NCBI RefSeq assembly: GCF_963921235.1
Contig: NC_086109.1
Coordinates: forward strand, 28,956,001 to 29,020,000
Origin: Mobula hypostoma
Taxonomy: Eukaryota
Length of the DNA: 64,000 nt
Reading direction: 5' to 3'
In this document: positions 25,116 to 38,330 of the stretch, one piece after another
Numbering within the stretch: position 1 is the first letter of the stretch
Layout of the letters: each line of letters begins with the position of its first letter
Position numbers and translations under genes: made by a program
The notes under the pieces: model-generated
What the model was told of the DNA's origin: nothing
The model's database searches: none
The model's input: only the letters and a program-made list of their open reading frames with translations

Positions 25116-28100
25116 CTGAATGTAAAAATCAATTGTCTTTAGTTACTCAATTTTTACATTTTGAAAAAAAAGCATGATTTGGATCAAGTTCAAGTTTAAC
25201 TATCATTCAACCATAAATAAATACTCGGGAATATAGCCAAACAAAGCAGCAGTACTCCAGGCCAAGGTGCAAAACACAGTACCAGCAGTCGCACACAGCA
25301 CATATAGCACATATAAGGTAGAAAGCACAAATAAGAGAAAGAAAAATCCTCCTTGTGCTAACTTGGTGCATCTGGCAGCAACCTTGCATTTATTTAGTGT
25401 TTGTCTGATTTATGAGGCTGAGCTGTTAGCTCAACCCACCATGGGTAGAACTCATGTAAGTTGGCCGGATTCGAACCTCTCGCTCCAAAGTCTGGTGCAG
25501 GTACCACCACATCACCAGTACAGACAAGCACATATAAGATAACAGTAAAATACATTCACACAAAAGAATAGTCGAAGACCCTGAGTCCATGGATTTTGCA
25601 GCAGTCTGCAGTCAAACACAATACAGCTTGACTTCTGCAGAGCGAACACTGGGGGGCAGCACTATCTCCAGCTTGGACGTCACACCTCACAGCCTCCAGT
25701 GAGGTGCACCAACTCCGACGCCTCTCTCATAATGTCATTGCAAGATTGAAATAATCTGAAGTAATTGAGAGGATCAGATTCTGGTGATAATGAACTTGCC
25801 TTGTAATATGATTGCCGTTGTGGACAGAATTGGGAAAACCTACCCAGAAGGTGCCAGATATCCCTACAAATGAAGTTACACCCAGTTACCTTTAAAACAC
25901 AATAGCCTAGAGGTAAATTCAAAATTCAAAATGAATTTTAAAAAATGTATTATCAAATTACGTTCATGTCACCACATACCACTCTGAGATTAATTTTCTT
26001 GCAGGCATTCACAGTAGAAATACAAAATACAATAGAATCAATGAAAAGCTGCTCACAAAGACGAACAAATAACCAATGTGCAAAAGGAGACAAACTATAC
26101 AAACAGGCAAATAAATAAGTAAATAATACTGGGAATGTGAGTTGTAGAGTCCTTGAAAGTCAGTCCATAGGTTGTGAAATCAGTTTAGTGTTGAAATGAG
26201 TGAAGTTATCCTCTTGTGGATAAGTAAAATCAAACAGCATAATCATTCCTTATCATATTATGTCCCGAACAGGTAATGATCCAACATCATAAGGGGTGCT
26301 AGAATATTAGATGTTCTTTCAACTTCTCAAACCAATGTGATTTTTTTTGTCTGCAGCAGTAGGAAAGGCCCAAGGCTTCAACCAACAATCTGCCACCATA
26401 ATTCTACATCAGGGGACTTTTGCCTTTATCTAGCCCAAAGACCCTTCACGCAAAGACTCTATCTACAACAGCAACTGCAACAAATTTTATTTTGGGAGAA
26501 TTTTAAGCTATTCCTGAGAGTTCCCTGGGTGCCTACTGTGAGTAATTCCTTACCAACAAGACAGGGCTGAATAACTGCTCTGTCAGCTGTTTAACTCTCC
26601 ACAAACTGGAGATGCATTTCCTAAATCGTGAGTTTGATTTATGAACTCAAATAATTAAGTTGAGGCAGATGATGTGTCTCAGCTGGAGATTCCTTAGAGC
26701 CATCTATCAACATTTTATGTTTGCGTTTGCGGTGACCATGAATATTCCAATTTTTTAACAAGAACCTTTTTCTTTTATTTGCCCAGAAACAGCTGAACTT
26801 TGACATACAAGCTGCTTCCACAACAGTACAAATGGTTCACTTACTTTTTTACTGCCACTCTGTATATTTTGTAGCTAAGAATTTTTAAATTTGTAATGTG
26901 AAAGGCAGACTTGCAGTTATAGAGTGCTTTCCATTGTCTGTCCCAATGCTTTTGCAGCCAATGAAACACTTCTTGGCATTGTCACTGTTGTACCATAGAA
27001 AACATAACAGCTGATTTGCACACAGCAAACTCCCTTTAAGAACAACTGCATAATGACCAGATAATATGTTTTTGGTCACGTTTGCTGAGGGACAGATATT
27101 ATTTCTTAGGTATCAGCGATAACTCCCCTGATTTCCTTTAAGAGTGGCATGAGAAATTTTATGTCTACCCAGAGAGCCTTGCTTTAATGTTGTCTAAAAG
27201 ATAACCATAATGTCTACCTAGAGAGCTGACAGAGCTTGTTTTAATATATTATCTAGAAGATAGTTTAGAAAACAGTGTCTTAAGTGGAAAATTTCGAAGG
27301 AGAAAATTTGAGCAAGGGTTAAACACAAGTATACTGAATAAAAAGTATCTATTCTACTGGAGTTCATCTGCTTTGAGATTAGTTTGTGAAATGGTTGCTT
27401 GAACCCAGGATGGTTAAAGGCTTCAAGACACTGCATTCAGATTGCATTTTCCACAGTTTCAAATCCAACTTAGGGGTTTGGAAAATGAGAACTTTGAATA
27501 ATTAGGACTTCATAGATTATAACACTATGTTATATTTAACAAGGAGGTAGATATATTTTTGAAAGAAAGATCTGAGAATGGATGGCTATGAGGAACTGGC
27601 ACAGAGAGCAAATTAGGCCTGAGGCAGTTCAGCCATAATCGTATCGAATGGCTGGGCAGGCTTGTTCTTAGTTTCATAAGTTTGAAGCCTCCACTTCAAT
27701 ATATCCCTGGGAAAGGAAGACTAAGCATTGCACCAAAGGAAAGCATTTGCTTCAGACTAACCATTTGTTGGAATCTGACTTCCAGCTGAAGCCCTACAGC
27801 ACACACCAACATCCAAACAATACAAAGTGCTATTGGACCCAGAAGGTCTCGAAGCAATATAATCCTGAGAAAGGTGTGATAGAAGGAACCTTTTAAACTT
27901 GTGTACATGTTGCTAATGGTTGATGAAACTTGTGAGATATACCTTGAAATTTCCTGTAGAAATGGGTGGCTTTATATATATTTTTTGCAATGGTTCCTCA
28001 GTGAGAATGAAAATCCCTGCATTGATAGTGACAATTTTTCTGGATAATAAGGAGCATTGTTGAAATGTAGTGATTGTAAAATTTAAACATACCACTAATG

Positions 28101-28939
28101 TGACCATAGCAATGTCCTAAAGCTAGTAATGGATAACAGCTGGCTAATCCATTTCAGAGAGCTTGGTTGATGGATAACCATCAATCAGAATAACAGTGGT
28201 TAAATGATAATGTGGCTGAAATTCCAGCAGAGGTGTCACACCATCAGAAGTGAGGAACAGCAGGATGTCTGCCTGACTTCAGAACTTGATGTCAATCTGG
28301 CCGTAAATTCTGGAGAAAAATGTTTTACATAAAAGTGGTGAAGACATTGTATGAACACATGTTGCTGCAGTTTAAACTCTTGGTTACCAAAAAGAAAATG
28401 GCAGCTTCATTTAAGAGCTCTGCAACTCTCCTGCTGCTGCACTGAGCAATTTCTCTCTCTAGATTGTTTGTTTTTATAAACTACTGTTTCCGCATCTCGG
28501 TACGGAATCTCTCAAGTAAGACCTTTGCCTCTCAAACTCTGCCACGACATCAGTAGATAAAAACACAAATAACATGCGTAGTGACCACAAGATTCTCATG
28601 AATCTTTTTTAGCCTTTGACACAGTTAACCAGATCCTCCTCCTCCGATATCTATCTTCCACTGTCATCTTGCCCTTTCTTGCCTCCTTCCACTCAACTCC
28701 ATTAAAGGCTATTCTTTCAATCAACTGCTTTTCACTTGTTAAAAAATCCCCATTTAATAATGGCATATGTCAACTATATGATGATGACAAACACTACCTT
28801 ACCAATTCTCTCAGTCCCTACGTAGCACCTGACTTATTACACTCTTCGTGCATTATTGGGTAACCCATAATTTCCTCACACCAAAATGCCAGAGACTCCA
28901 TTCACGTGTTATTGATTTAAACATGCTATCTCCTCTGCC

Positions 28940-29390
28940 TCTGCTTTCAACTCAGGGTTCTCATATTCCACCTAGGTAGCCTCCAACCTGATGGCATGAG
29001 CATCGATTTCCCCTTGCAGTAGTTTTCCCTCCCCCTTTCCTTTTTTTCTATTCCCCACTCTGACCTCCTAACTTTTCTCACTTGCCTATCACCTCCCCCC
29101 GGCACCCCCCCCCCACCTCACGTATTCCCATGGTCCATTCTCCTCTCCTATCAGATTCCTTCTTCTCCAGCCCTTTTGCCTTTTCCTCGTAATACCTCCC
29201 AGCTTCTCACTTCATCCCCTCTCCCTCATCCACCAGGCTTCACCTACCACCTTCTAGTTTGTTCTCCTTAACATCCCCCCCCACCTTTTTATTCCAGCAC
29301 ATCCCCGCTTCCTTTCCAGTCCTGATGAAGGATATCGGCCCAGAACATAGACTCTTTATTAACTTCTGTTGCTGCAGTCTGACCTACTAA
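28940..29390 (+). mobile_element. PLE 3' end (end of endonuclease ORF plus pLTR)
   Basis: LGSLQPDGMSIDF coding; CAGTCCTGATGAAGG hammerhead remnant at ~29317. Confidence 0.8.
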
Positions 29391-29794
29391 TCCCAAAATT
29401 CCATTCAAATCCTATTCATTTATTCTCACCATTGAGTACCAATCTGTGTATTCATTCCTCAACAGTGTTTTATTTATCTGAATATTTAAATAGTTTCATA
29501 TTTTCATCTACTCTCTAACTTTGAAGATTCTCATGAGCTGCAATCAACAGTGAACCCTGTCTCAAGTCTTTCTTCATGCTACCATTGATGGGCTAACCTT
29601 CATCACTGTCTGCTCCTCTCCACATCGAACTGTTAAGGTGTATTCTGGAGTTATGGAATATAGCATATATTAATTCCAACAGCAACCAGTCTTCAGATTT
29701 GAATACGGATTGCGGACTGAAATTAAAATTAACTCAGAACAATGGTCTTTTTAGAGCTGCAGACTGGGGTCGATTGCAAACCAGGAAACATCCT

Positions 29795-30425
29795 ACTGAC
29801 GCTCTGTCCGCCAGAGAAAGCATGATCTCCCAGTGGCCACACATTTTAATTCCACGTCCCATTCCCATTCTGATATGTCTCCTCTACTGTCAAGATGAAG
29901 CCACACTCAGGTTGGAGGAACAACACCTTATATTCCGTTTGGGTAGCCTCCAACCTGATAGCATGAACATTGACCTCTAATTTCTGTTAATGCCCTTCCT
30001 TCCCTTCTTACCCCATCCCTTATTTATTTATTTATTCCCCCCACCCCTTTCTCTTTCTGTCCCTCTCACAATCACTCCTTGCCTGCTCTCCATCTTTCTC
30101 TGGGCTCCCCTCCCGGTTCTTTCACCCTAGGTCTCCCGTCCCATGATCTTCACCCTTCTCCAGCTCTGTATCCCTTTTGCCAATCAACTTTCCAGCTCTT
30201 AGCTTCATTCCTCCCCCTCCTGTCTTCTCCTATCATTTTGGACCCCCCTCCCATTTTCAAATCTCTTACTGTCTCTTCTTTCAGTTAGTCCTGACAAAGG
30301 GTCTCAGCCTGAAACGTTGACTGTACTTCTTCCTATAGATGCTGCCTGGCCTGCTGCGTTCCACCAGCATTTTTTGTGTGTTGCTTGAATTTCCAGCATC
30401 TGCAGATTTTCTCATGTTTGCGTTT
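29795..30425 (+). mobile_element. PLE 3' end (GIY-YIG C-terminus plus full pLTR)
   Basis: ATLRLEEQHLIFRLGSLQPDSMNID; hammerhead at 30286-30323 with core change CTGACAA. Confidence 0.9.
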
Positions 30426-30550
30426 TTAAACTGACCTGAGATGTCTGCATATGCATGGCACAGGGGTGAATAACATTCAGTCTAGGGTGTCTGGAGTGTT
30501 GGTGTGAAGATTGAGGTGTTTGAAAGTTATATGTAACTCAAATAATTCAT

Positions 30551-30769
30551 TGTCAACCCAAAGTATTGAAGTGAATGATGTCATTGTAACTATTGAAACT
30601 GTACTGAGTTACCATTGACCTTAAGGGTATAAAAATGTGATGTACTTTGAGTGTAAGAGCCTCTTCTTCCTAAGTGTCTCCATGAGAATGCCTGCTTGTT
30701 GTGCTGAATGAAGACTTCTAGATCACCAGCTTCAGCGACTCTCCAGTGACTTCATTCATTGTCACGACG
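30551..30769. mobile_element. Probable degenerate solo LTR, second copy at 63164-63394
   Basis: Starts TGTCAA; shared ATGTCATTGTAACTATTGAAA..TCCATGAGA.TGCCTG.TTGTTGTGCTGAAT; TATAAAA; AATAAA in the second copy; no clear TSD. Confidence 0.55.
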
Positions 30770-31965
30770 GCGCCATTGCCACCATCTCCTCTTTTAAACT
30801 TGTTTTCAGGAGAGATTGGCGTCCCTTTGAGTTCTCACCCACATCTAATGCAACCTCACGAAGCTACACACTTTCTTGCAGTTGTTGATCACATGCCAAA
30901 GAGAAGATAAAACTTTGAAAAGCAGCTTTTTTTGGATCAATTAGAGAGTATTTTGTTTAATAAACACAAATTCATGAACACCACAGATGCTATCACTTAC
31001 TTTTTTATTAAGCTCACATAATACCTTTGAACTCTGAGTAAATGGATTATACAGATTACTGACCTGTGTTAGGTTTTAAGATCAAGGTGATCCTGCAGAG
31101 GAGGTCAGTTGACAGAGGCGTCATAGTTGCAAGGAGACAAAGGTAAGAGGTGTTCAATGCTCAAGGTCAATATTCCATTTATATTGTATAATTGGGAAGG
31201 TGTGTGCAAAGATCTTAAATGTTTTTGTTTTTTTCTGTCGGTTGTATTTGCGTTCATTTTATTATTTCTGTCTGAAGAGGTAGTTGCATTTATTGATCAC
31301 GTTTGCCTATAGTACTCCCAATAAAAATTGCCATGTGGCTCCACACACCGATACCTACACACACATACCACATAATTCTTTCAGCCAGAGGATTTCTCTT
31401 TTCAGTAAGGTTTAGTTCAATTAAAGGTCATTAACTCTTAAACTTTCAATATCGGTGCTCATTATGCTAATCAGGTGGAATTGTCGGAAGAGTACAAGTT
31501 AAGCAACCATTTCCTGTACTTCAGCAGTAATTTACTTCCCTGCAATAAAAATAGTTAAGTTGTAACCAACACTTAATGGTTCAAGCACTAAAAAAGCTGA
31601 CAATATTTAACCACAGTAAGGAATGTCTTTTGCTGTTCAGTTCAACTTTTTGAAGTCTATTTAATGTCAATAACGATGGATTCTCTTCAGTTTGATAGCA
31701 CCAGACCTGATGTGAACTGAAAGCCATCGTACTGTCTGCTGACAGTAGCACTGACACTGAAAGGAATACCATTTTATTGGTACAAAGCAAGTGGTTAACA
31801 TTGGCACAGTTCAACAAAAATGCCGATACATGTATACGGTTGGGATATTGACTTATTTAATATCAACTGGTAAAGTGTTTTGTGCATTTTGCACAAACAA
31901 ATGTTTAGTTTGTACTGGTATATGTTCACATTCAGTATTCTTTCTCTCAAACCAACTGGTATTAA

Positions 31966-32524
31966 CACTGAGTGGCTATGTACCTTCTGTACCCAATAAA
32001 GTGGCCATTGAGCGTGTGTTTATGGTTTTCTGCTGCTGACACCCATCTACTTCAAGGTTTGATGTGTTATGCATTTAGAGATGCTCTTCTGCACACCTCC
32101 GTAAGGCATGGATATTTGACTTACTGTTGCCTTTCTGTCAGCTTCAACCAGTCTGGACATTCTCCTCTGACCTCTCTCATTAACAAAGCATTATTAATGA
32201 AACTGCTGCTCACTGGATATTTATTTGTTTGTTTATTGAACCAGTCTCTGTAAGCTCTAGAGACTGTTGTGTGTGAAAATCCCAGGAGATCAGCACTTTC
32301 TGGGATACTCAAACTACCCTGTCTGGCACCGACAATCATTGCCCAGTCAACGTCTCTTAGATCATGTATCTTCTCTATTCTGATGTTTGTCTGAACAACA
32401 AATGAACCCTTTAACCAGGTCTGCATGTTTTTATACATTGAGTTGCTGCTATATGATTGTCTGATTAGATATTTGCATTAATGAGCAGGTGTACGGGTGA
32501 ACCTAATAGAATGGCTACTGAGTA
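31966..32524 (-). mobile_element. Tc1-derived non-autonomous DNA transposon
   Basis: CACTGAGTGGC.. and ..CCTAATAGAATGGCTACTGAGT termini; ORF 32121-32438 has a Tc1 HTH (MIVGARQGSLSIPESADLLGFSHTTVSR). Confidence 0.85.
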
Positions 32525-32530
32525 TATATC

Positions 32531-32685
32531 CAATCACAAACAAGAGAGAATCTGCAGATGATGGAAATCCAAGCAACACAAACAAAATGCTGGAGGAACT
32601 CAGCAGGACCGAAAGGTCGACTGTTTACTCTTTTCCATAGATTCTGGCTCGCCTGCTGAGTTCCTCCAGCATTTTGTGTATGTTG
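32531..32685. mobile_element. Short PLE inverted-arm insertion at the Tc1 end
   Basis: CAAAATGCTGGAGGAACTCAGCAGG and CCTGCTGAGTTCCTCCAGCATTTTG inverted; degenerate duplication ACTGA(G/A)T(A/G)TATAT on both sides. Confidence 0.75.
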
Positions 32686-33476
32686 ACTGAATGTATATGC
32701 TCGTTTTAAATTTTAAATCATATGTAGCTAACGGGCCAACCGAATTATGAACACACTTAAAATAGGATTTCTTAAATCCTATTTTGTTTGCAAGAATATT
32801 GATTTCTTTTACTTTTAAAATATAATTAGCATTCCCATTGTTGCCTGAGCTGCTCTGCTGGCAGATTCTTTCTTTGGCAAATCAAAAGATCAGATTGCTA
32901 CATTGTTATTCCTGCAATTACATACAATCAGCAAATGAAAAAATGTCACCTTACACATTTTTGGGCGATACAGAGATGCTTCCATGTAGGAAACTAAAAT
33001 ATATTTTAGGCAACACACATAAAAGTTGCTGGTGAATGCAGCAGGCCAGGCAACATCTCTAGGAAAAGGTACAGTCGACATTTCGGGCCGAGACCTTTCG
33101 TCAGTACTAACTGACAGAAGAGCTAGTAAGAGATTTGAAAGTAGGAGGAGGAGGGGGAGATCCAAAATGATAGGAGAAGACAGGAGGGGGAGGGATGGAG
33201 CCAAGAGCTGGACAATTGATTGGCAAAAGGGATATGAGAGGATCATGAGACAGGAGTCCTAAGGAGAAAGAAAAGGGGGAGGAGGGGAAGTGCTCCCCAA
33301 CTCTCTCTGCTTTCCGCAGGGATCGCTCCCTATGCGACTCAGTTGTCCATTCGTCCCCCCCATCTCTCCCCACCGATCTCCCTCCTGGCACTTATCCTTG
33401 TAAGCGGAACAAGTGCTACACATGCCCTTACACTTCCTCCCTCACTCCCATTCAGGGCCCCAGACAGTCCTTCCAG

Positions 33477-33803
33477 GTGAGGCAACACTTCACCCGTGAG
33501 TCGGCTGGGGTGACATACTACGTCCGGTGCTCCCGATGTGGCCTTCTATATATTGGCGAGACGCGACGCAGACTGGGAGATCGTTTTGCTGAACACCTAT
33601 GCTCTGTCCTCCAGAGAAAGCAGGATCTCCCAGTGGCCACACATTTTAATTCCACGTCCCATTCCCATTCTGATATGTTTATCCACGGCCTCCTCTACTG
33701 TAAAGATGAAGCCACACTCAGGTTGGAGGAACAACACCTTATATTCCGTCTGGGTAGCCTCCAACCCGATGGCATGAACATTGACTTCTCAAACTTCCGC
33801 TAA
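33477..33803 (+). pseudogene. GIY-YIG endonuclease domain of PLE
   Basis: GVTYYVRCSRCGLLYIGETRRRLGDRFAEH..VATHFN..LGSLQPDGMNIDF. Confidence 0.92.
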
Positions 33804-34095
33804 TGCCCCACCTCCTCCTCGTACCACATCCGTTATTTATTTATATATACACATTCTTTTTCTCTCTCTTCTTTTTCTCCCTCTGTCCCTCTCACTATAC
33901 CCCTTGCCCATCCTCTGGTTCCCCCCCCCCTTGTCTTTCTCCCCAGACTTCCTGTCTCATGATCCTCTCATATCCCTTTTGCCAATCACCTGTCCAGCTC
34001 TTGGCTCCATCCCTCCCCCTCCTGTCTTCTCCTATCATTTTGGATCTCCCCCTCCCCCTCCAACTTTCAAATCTCTTACTAGCTCTTCTTTCAGT

Positions 34096-34133
34096 TAGTC
34101 CTGATGAAGGGTCTCGGCCTGAAATGTCGACTG
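34096..34133 (+). ncRNA. Minimal type I hammerhead ribozyme
   Basis: TAGTC CTGATGA A GGGTCTCGGCCT GAAATGTC GACTG. Confidence 0.75.
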
Positions 34134-34574
34134 TACCTCTTCCTAGAGATGCTGCCTGGCCTGCTGCGTTCACCAGAAACTTTTATGTGTGTTGCTTGAA
34201 ATTCCAGCATTTGAAGATTTCCGCGTGTTTGTATATCTTAGGGAAAAACGTACTGCAAAATGTTTATCCATGTTCCATGTATTGCTGGGTTCAGAATGAC
34301 ATGATTACAGCATGGCACCAATTTGAACCGGGTTTAATGCAATCTTTACCTTTATTTTCTTTGTTAGGTGAGCATACAAAATGCTTGTTAGATTGCCTGT
34401 AATGTTGCACATCACACATAGGAGCAGAATTCAGAACATAGAATGCAAGTGAGAGTGGTGTTCATGAAAATAGCTTGTATTTAATATTCAGAGTTATGTT
34501 TCTGTATTTTAGGGTATCTCCCCACATTCTCATTTCACTCTGATACTTTTTGCTGTATTGCATGGCTTCTAGAG

Positions 34575-35478
34575 GATTTCAGAAAATGCCAAAAGAAACC
34601 AGAAACAATCCAACACATTACAGGATGCTGCAGCAGTTTAACTCAATCTGATTATTTACACAAGCACAATCAAGTGGCAAACACCATTCACCAAAACAAC
34701 AGGAATTCTGCAGATGCTGGAAATTCAAGCAACATACATCAAAGTTGCTGGTGAACGCAGCAGGCCAAACAGCATCTATAGGAAGAGGCGCAGTCGACGT
34801 TTCAGGTCGAGACCCTTCGTCAGGACCTGACGAAGGGTCTCGGCCTAAAACGTCGACTGCGCCTCTTCCTATAGATGCTGCTTGGCCTGCTGCGTTCACC
34901 AGCAACTTTGATGTACCATTCACCAAAATCTTGCTTTAAAATACAAACTCATAAAAGGCACCATTCCTTACTATAATTAAAAGTCTGATCCAGTTTGAGA
35001 ATCAGAGTCCGACAAATTATATTATAATTGATCCATTATTACAGATAGGACAATCCATAATAACCAGCCAGAAATCATATTACAGGATAAACAAGCTAGA
35101 ACAATTTAATAGATATAGCCAATCCAAACAGACAATAACATACAGAAATGAAAGGTGAAAGACACCAGAAATGTGCTGAGTTTAAAAAGACATTTGAAAG
35201 ACTATGGAACTTGACCAGAGAATACATTATCCCAATAGTAATTTCTACGACTGATATTATCCCAAAGTTACCACAGAATAGCGTTAAACAATTAGGCTGT
35301 TACCGCAATATTTATGGAAATCTTCAGAAAGCCACAATACTAAACACCACTAGAATAGTCATAAAGTTGCTAGTAATTGAAAATGAGTGTGCTTGGCTAT
35401 GCCTGTACCTCAGGTTTTACCAGCTTGAGCTGAGAAAAAATAAAAATACAATAATAATAATTATTATTATTATAATAA
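34575..35478 (+). mobile_element. R4/Dong-like non-LTR element 3' end (CCHC knuckle plus REL endonuclease)
   Basis: RKCQKKPETIQHITGCC..HNQVANTIHQNL, TDRTIHNNQPEIILQDK..IDIA, RLWNL..IIPIVIST, LQKATIL; ends in (TAA)n/(TTA)n. Confidence 0.85.
34697..34914. mobile_element. Palindromic PLE pLTR insertion inside the R4-like element
   Basis: 89-bp arms (34736-34824 and 34826-34914), 1-nt spacer, perfect TSD ACCATTCACCAAAA (34683-34696, 34915-34928). Confidence 0.93.
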
Positions 35479-35479
35479 T

Positions 35480-36060
35480 GTTGTTATATTGTCTACTAAA
35501 AAGCGTTTGATTCGGTTCCAGACACATGAATAATTGAAGATGCTTTATATATATAAACTACACTCAATACTTTTGAAATTCCTACAATATCTGATGAAGC
35601 ATGGGCATACTAAGATCACCCTAGCTAGTCACAACCAAAAACGGAACAATAAGCGTTATCAAAATAAACTGAGACATTTTTCACAGCAACTCTCTAAGTC
35701 CACTATGGCTTTGTCTAGCTTTAAACCCGCACTCTAATTTACTGAATCAGATGCAAGTAGGGTATCAAATCAAAAACAATCAAAGTAAATATACCTTGAC
35801 ACATCTTCTATACATGGACAATTTGAAATTATATGCTCCTTTATCAGAAAAGCTAAAGCAATTAATTCAACTATTAGAACTATTTTCAAAAGATTTAAGC
35901 TTGACCTTTGAATAAGATAAGTGCAAAACATTAAACATAAAGAAAGGTGCAATCGAGCTAGTAGAATACAAAACAGAGCAGCCGGATAAAATACAAGTGA
36001 CGGATCAATCCAGCCAAAATGACTGAAAGTAATGTAGGAACAGTTAGAACAAAAGCCAAA
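35480..36060 (+). mobile_element. R4/Dong-like RT fragment
   Basis: KAFDSVP..; WLCLALNP..THLLYMDNLKLYA (YMDD-like). Confidence 0.75.
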
Positions 36061-36064
36061 TTTG

Positions 36065-36225
36065 ATTACAGAATGTCTCATGTGTGGTACATTATCAAAC
36101 GCCTTATGAAATCCAAGTATATGACATCCACTGCCTCTCCTTTGTCCACCCTGCTTGTTACTTCCTCGAAGAACTCTAATAGATTTTTCAGGCAGTATTA
36201 CCCTTTACAGAAACCATTTTGACTT
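36065..36225 (-). mobile_element. CR1 RT fragment
   Basis: Minus translation AVDVIYLDFHKAFDNVPH. Confidence 0.8.
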
Positions 36226-36359
36226 TAGTGTACTAACAGGTGATGCATCACCTTCAGAGAATGAAATTACGGGGTCATTAGGGGCTGTGGGAGTTCACAA
36301 TGGTTCCACCATAGTTTGATGGTCAAAACAAGTTTAGAAGCTATTGAGCTAATCTAGGA

Positions 36360-37160
36360 GTGAAGCCTTGTTGTCATCTATGTTGCTTGGTTTCACTTTG
36401 TATCAGTGCAGCCCTGCCACAACTGTTGAGCATCCTTCAATAATTCAAGTTTGGACTGGAATTACCAATTTGTATGTCAGATGGCTTTCTGGAGATCATA
36501 CCTGGACCTTTGGTATCCTACTTGGTCGACAGACCTGAATGCCACAGATCTGTACGTCAGCAATTTGCAGATCTCATGGTTCATTCAGGGCTTCTGGTTT
36601 GGGAGCTCTGAATGATTTTGTGGAGACACACTCTTCTACAACTGTTTTTATAAAGTCTGTGAAAACTGGTGTGTATTCATTCAGATCCTCTGATAAGTCC
36701 TTGAACATGGCCCAGTCTTCTGACTCTAAGCAATCCCTGAGCCGCTCCTCTGCTTCCTAAAACCATCTCTTTGTTGTCCTTAGCCTCTGCAGCTAGGAGA
36801 AGGACAGCTAAGTGATTAGATTTCCCAAAAAGCAGTCTAGGCCTGGAACAACAGACATTCCTAATTGTAGTATATCAGTGGTCCAGTGTGTTGGAGGCCC
36901 CTGATTCTGCAGGTTATATGTTGATGGTAATCGGGCAGAGATTTCTTCAGACAAGCATGAACGAAGCCCCCAACGATGATTTGAAATGCATCAGGATGGG
37001 CTGTTTCTTGTTCAGTGATGGCAGCATTCACTACTTTGAGTGCCTGTTAAATGTTGGCTCTTGGCCGTATGTAAACTACGGTCAGGATGATGGAGGAGCA
37101 CTCTCTCGGTAAGTAGAACGGTCAACACTTAATCATTAAATGTTCCAGGTCAGGGGAACA
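36360..37160 (-). mobile_element. Rex1 APE endonuclease/linker fragment
   Basis: CSPDLEHLMIKC.PFYLPRE..IILTVVYI, NTLDH, GKSNHLAV. Confidence 0.8.
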
Positions 37161-37194
37161 AGTGTGTGATAAGACTGCCCATTCAGATTTCTGA

Positions 37195-37397
37195 ATAGAT
37201 AATAAAACTATAAACACTATCTCACTATTTTTTCTTTCTTGCTCTCCTTTTGCACTACTTTAATTTATTTATATATATTTTTTTCTTTTTGTAATTTATA
37301 GTTTTTTATTACTATGTATTGCAATGTACTGATGCCACAAAATTACAAATTTCATGACATATGCCAGCAATATAAAACCTGATTCTGATTCTGATTC
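37195..37397 (+). mobile_element. Rex1 3' UTR with (CTGATT)n tail
   Basis: AATTTCATGACATATGCCAG..AAACCTGATTCTGATTCTGATTC. Confidence 0.75.
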
Positions 37398-37889
37398 AAT
37401 GGGCTTTAAACCTAGACGAGTATCTCAGCTCCCACAATTAAGCATTGGCAAGGAAATGACCTTTAGGAAATAGAAGTTCGGTCTAGTTTGTCCTGAATGC
37501 CTTTAGAAAGTCTACTGTCTCCTGAAGATCAGTGACTCCAATATTTCAAGCTACTCATTGATATCTTCCAATCAAACCACACACTTCAAGTTGGATGTTA
37601 TCTTGAGCCTGATTGGTGAAATAGGAGCCAAGTGGTAAATTGCAAAACCTAAATATCCACATGGTGGCTTGATGTGATTTTAATAATAAACATGGCCAAA
37701 ATCAATAAATGTGCCTCAATCATTGTTAAGTACAGAAATCTAACATGTTTAAAATGATTATTGAGGAGATTTTTGTTTCAATGCTCATGACCCATCGGTA
37801 TATTTTTGAGTCATTATGGAAGAGAGACCCGCTGATGGAAAGGTAAAACTAGTGATAAAATTAAACTAGCTGATCACAGATATTAAAAT

Positions 37890-38330
37890 ATTAAAGATTG
37901 TTTAATATCAATTCCAGTACACAAATGTAAATGAGATTGAAATAATTGTTACTCCGGATCTGATACAACACAACAAAAACACAATAAGGTAAAGAACAAA
38001 AAACCCACAATAAATATAAATACATAAGATCACTTATAGACATAGATTGATTGTACGCTCATAAAGTCACGCTAGGCACAGAGGTTCTTGTATACAAGGT
38101 GACTGACAGGAAATGATAAAGTGGTGACTGGAGATGTGGAGGGGTGGGTTGGTTGGTGGAGCTGATGATCAGCCATACTGGTTTGGGAAAGTAACTGATT
38201 TTGAAACTGGTGGTCTTGGCACGGATGCTACATAGCCTCCTTCCTGATGGGAGTGGGACAAATAGTCCATAAGCAGGGTGGGTAAGATCCTTAATGATGT
38301 AATTGACTGTTTTCTGCCAAATTTCTGTAT
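37890..38330 (-). mobile_element. Rex1 3' fragment
   Basis: IIKDLTHPAYGLFVPLPSGRRL..SYFP. Confidence 0.8.

Larger units (their letters stand above)
33011..34231 (+). mobile_element. Neptune-type PLE, 5'-truncated with inverted pLTR
   Basis: Inverted pLTR 33010-33288, Cys linker CKRNKCYTC, GIY-YIG ORF, pLTR with hammerhead; TSD TATAT(T/C)TTAGG at 33000-33010 and 34232-34242. Confidence 0.93.
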
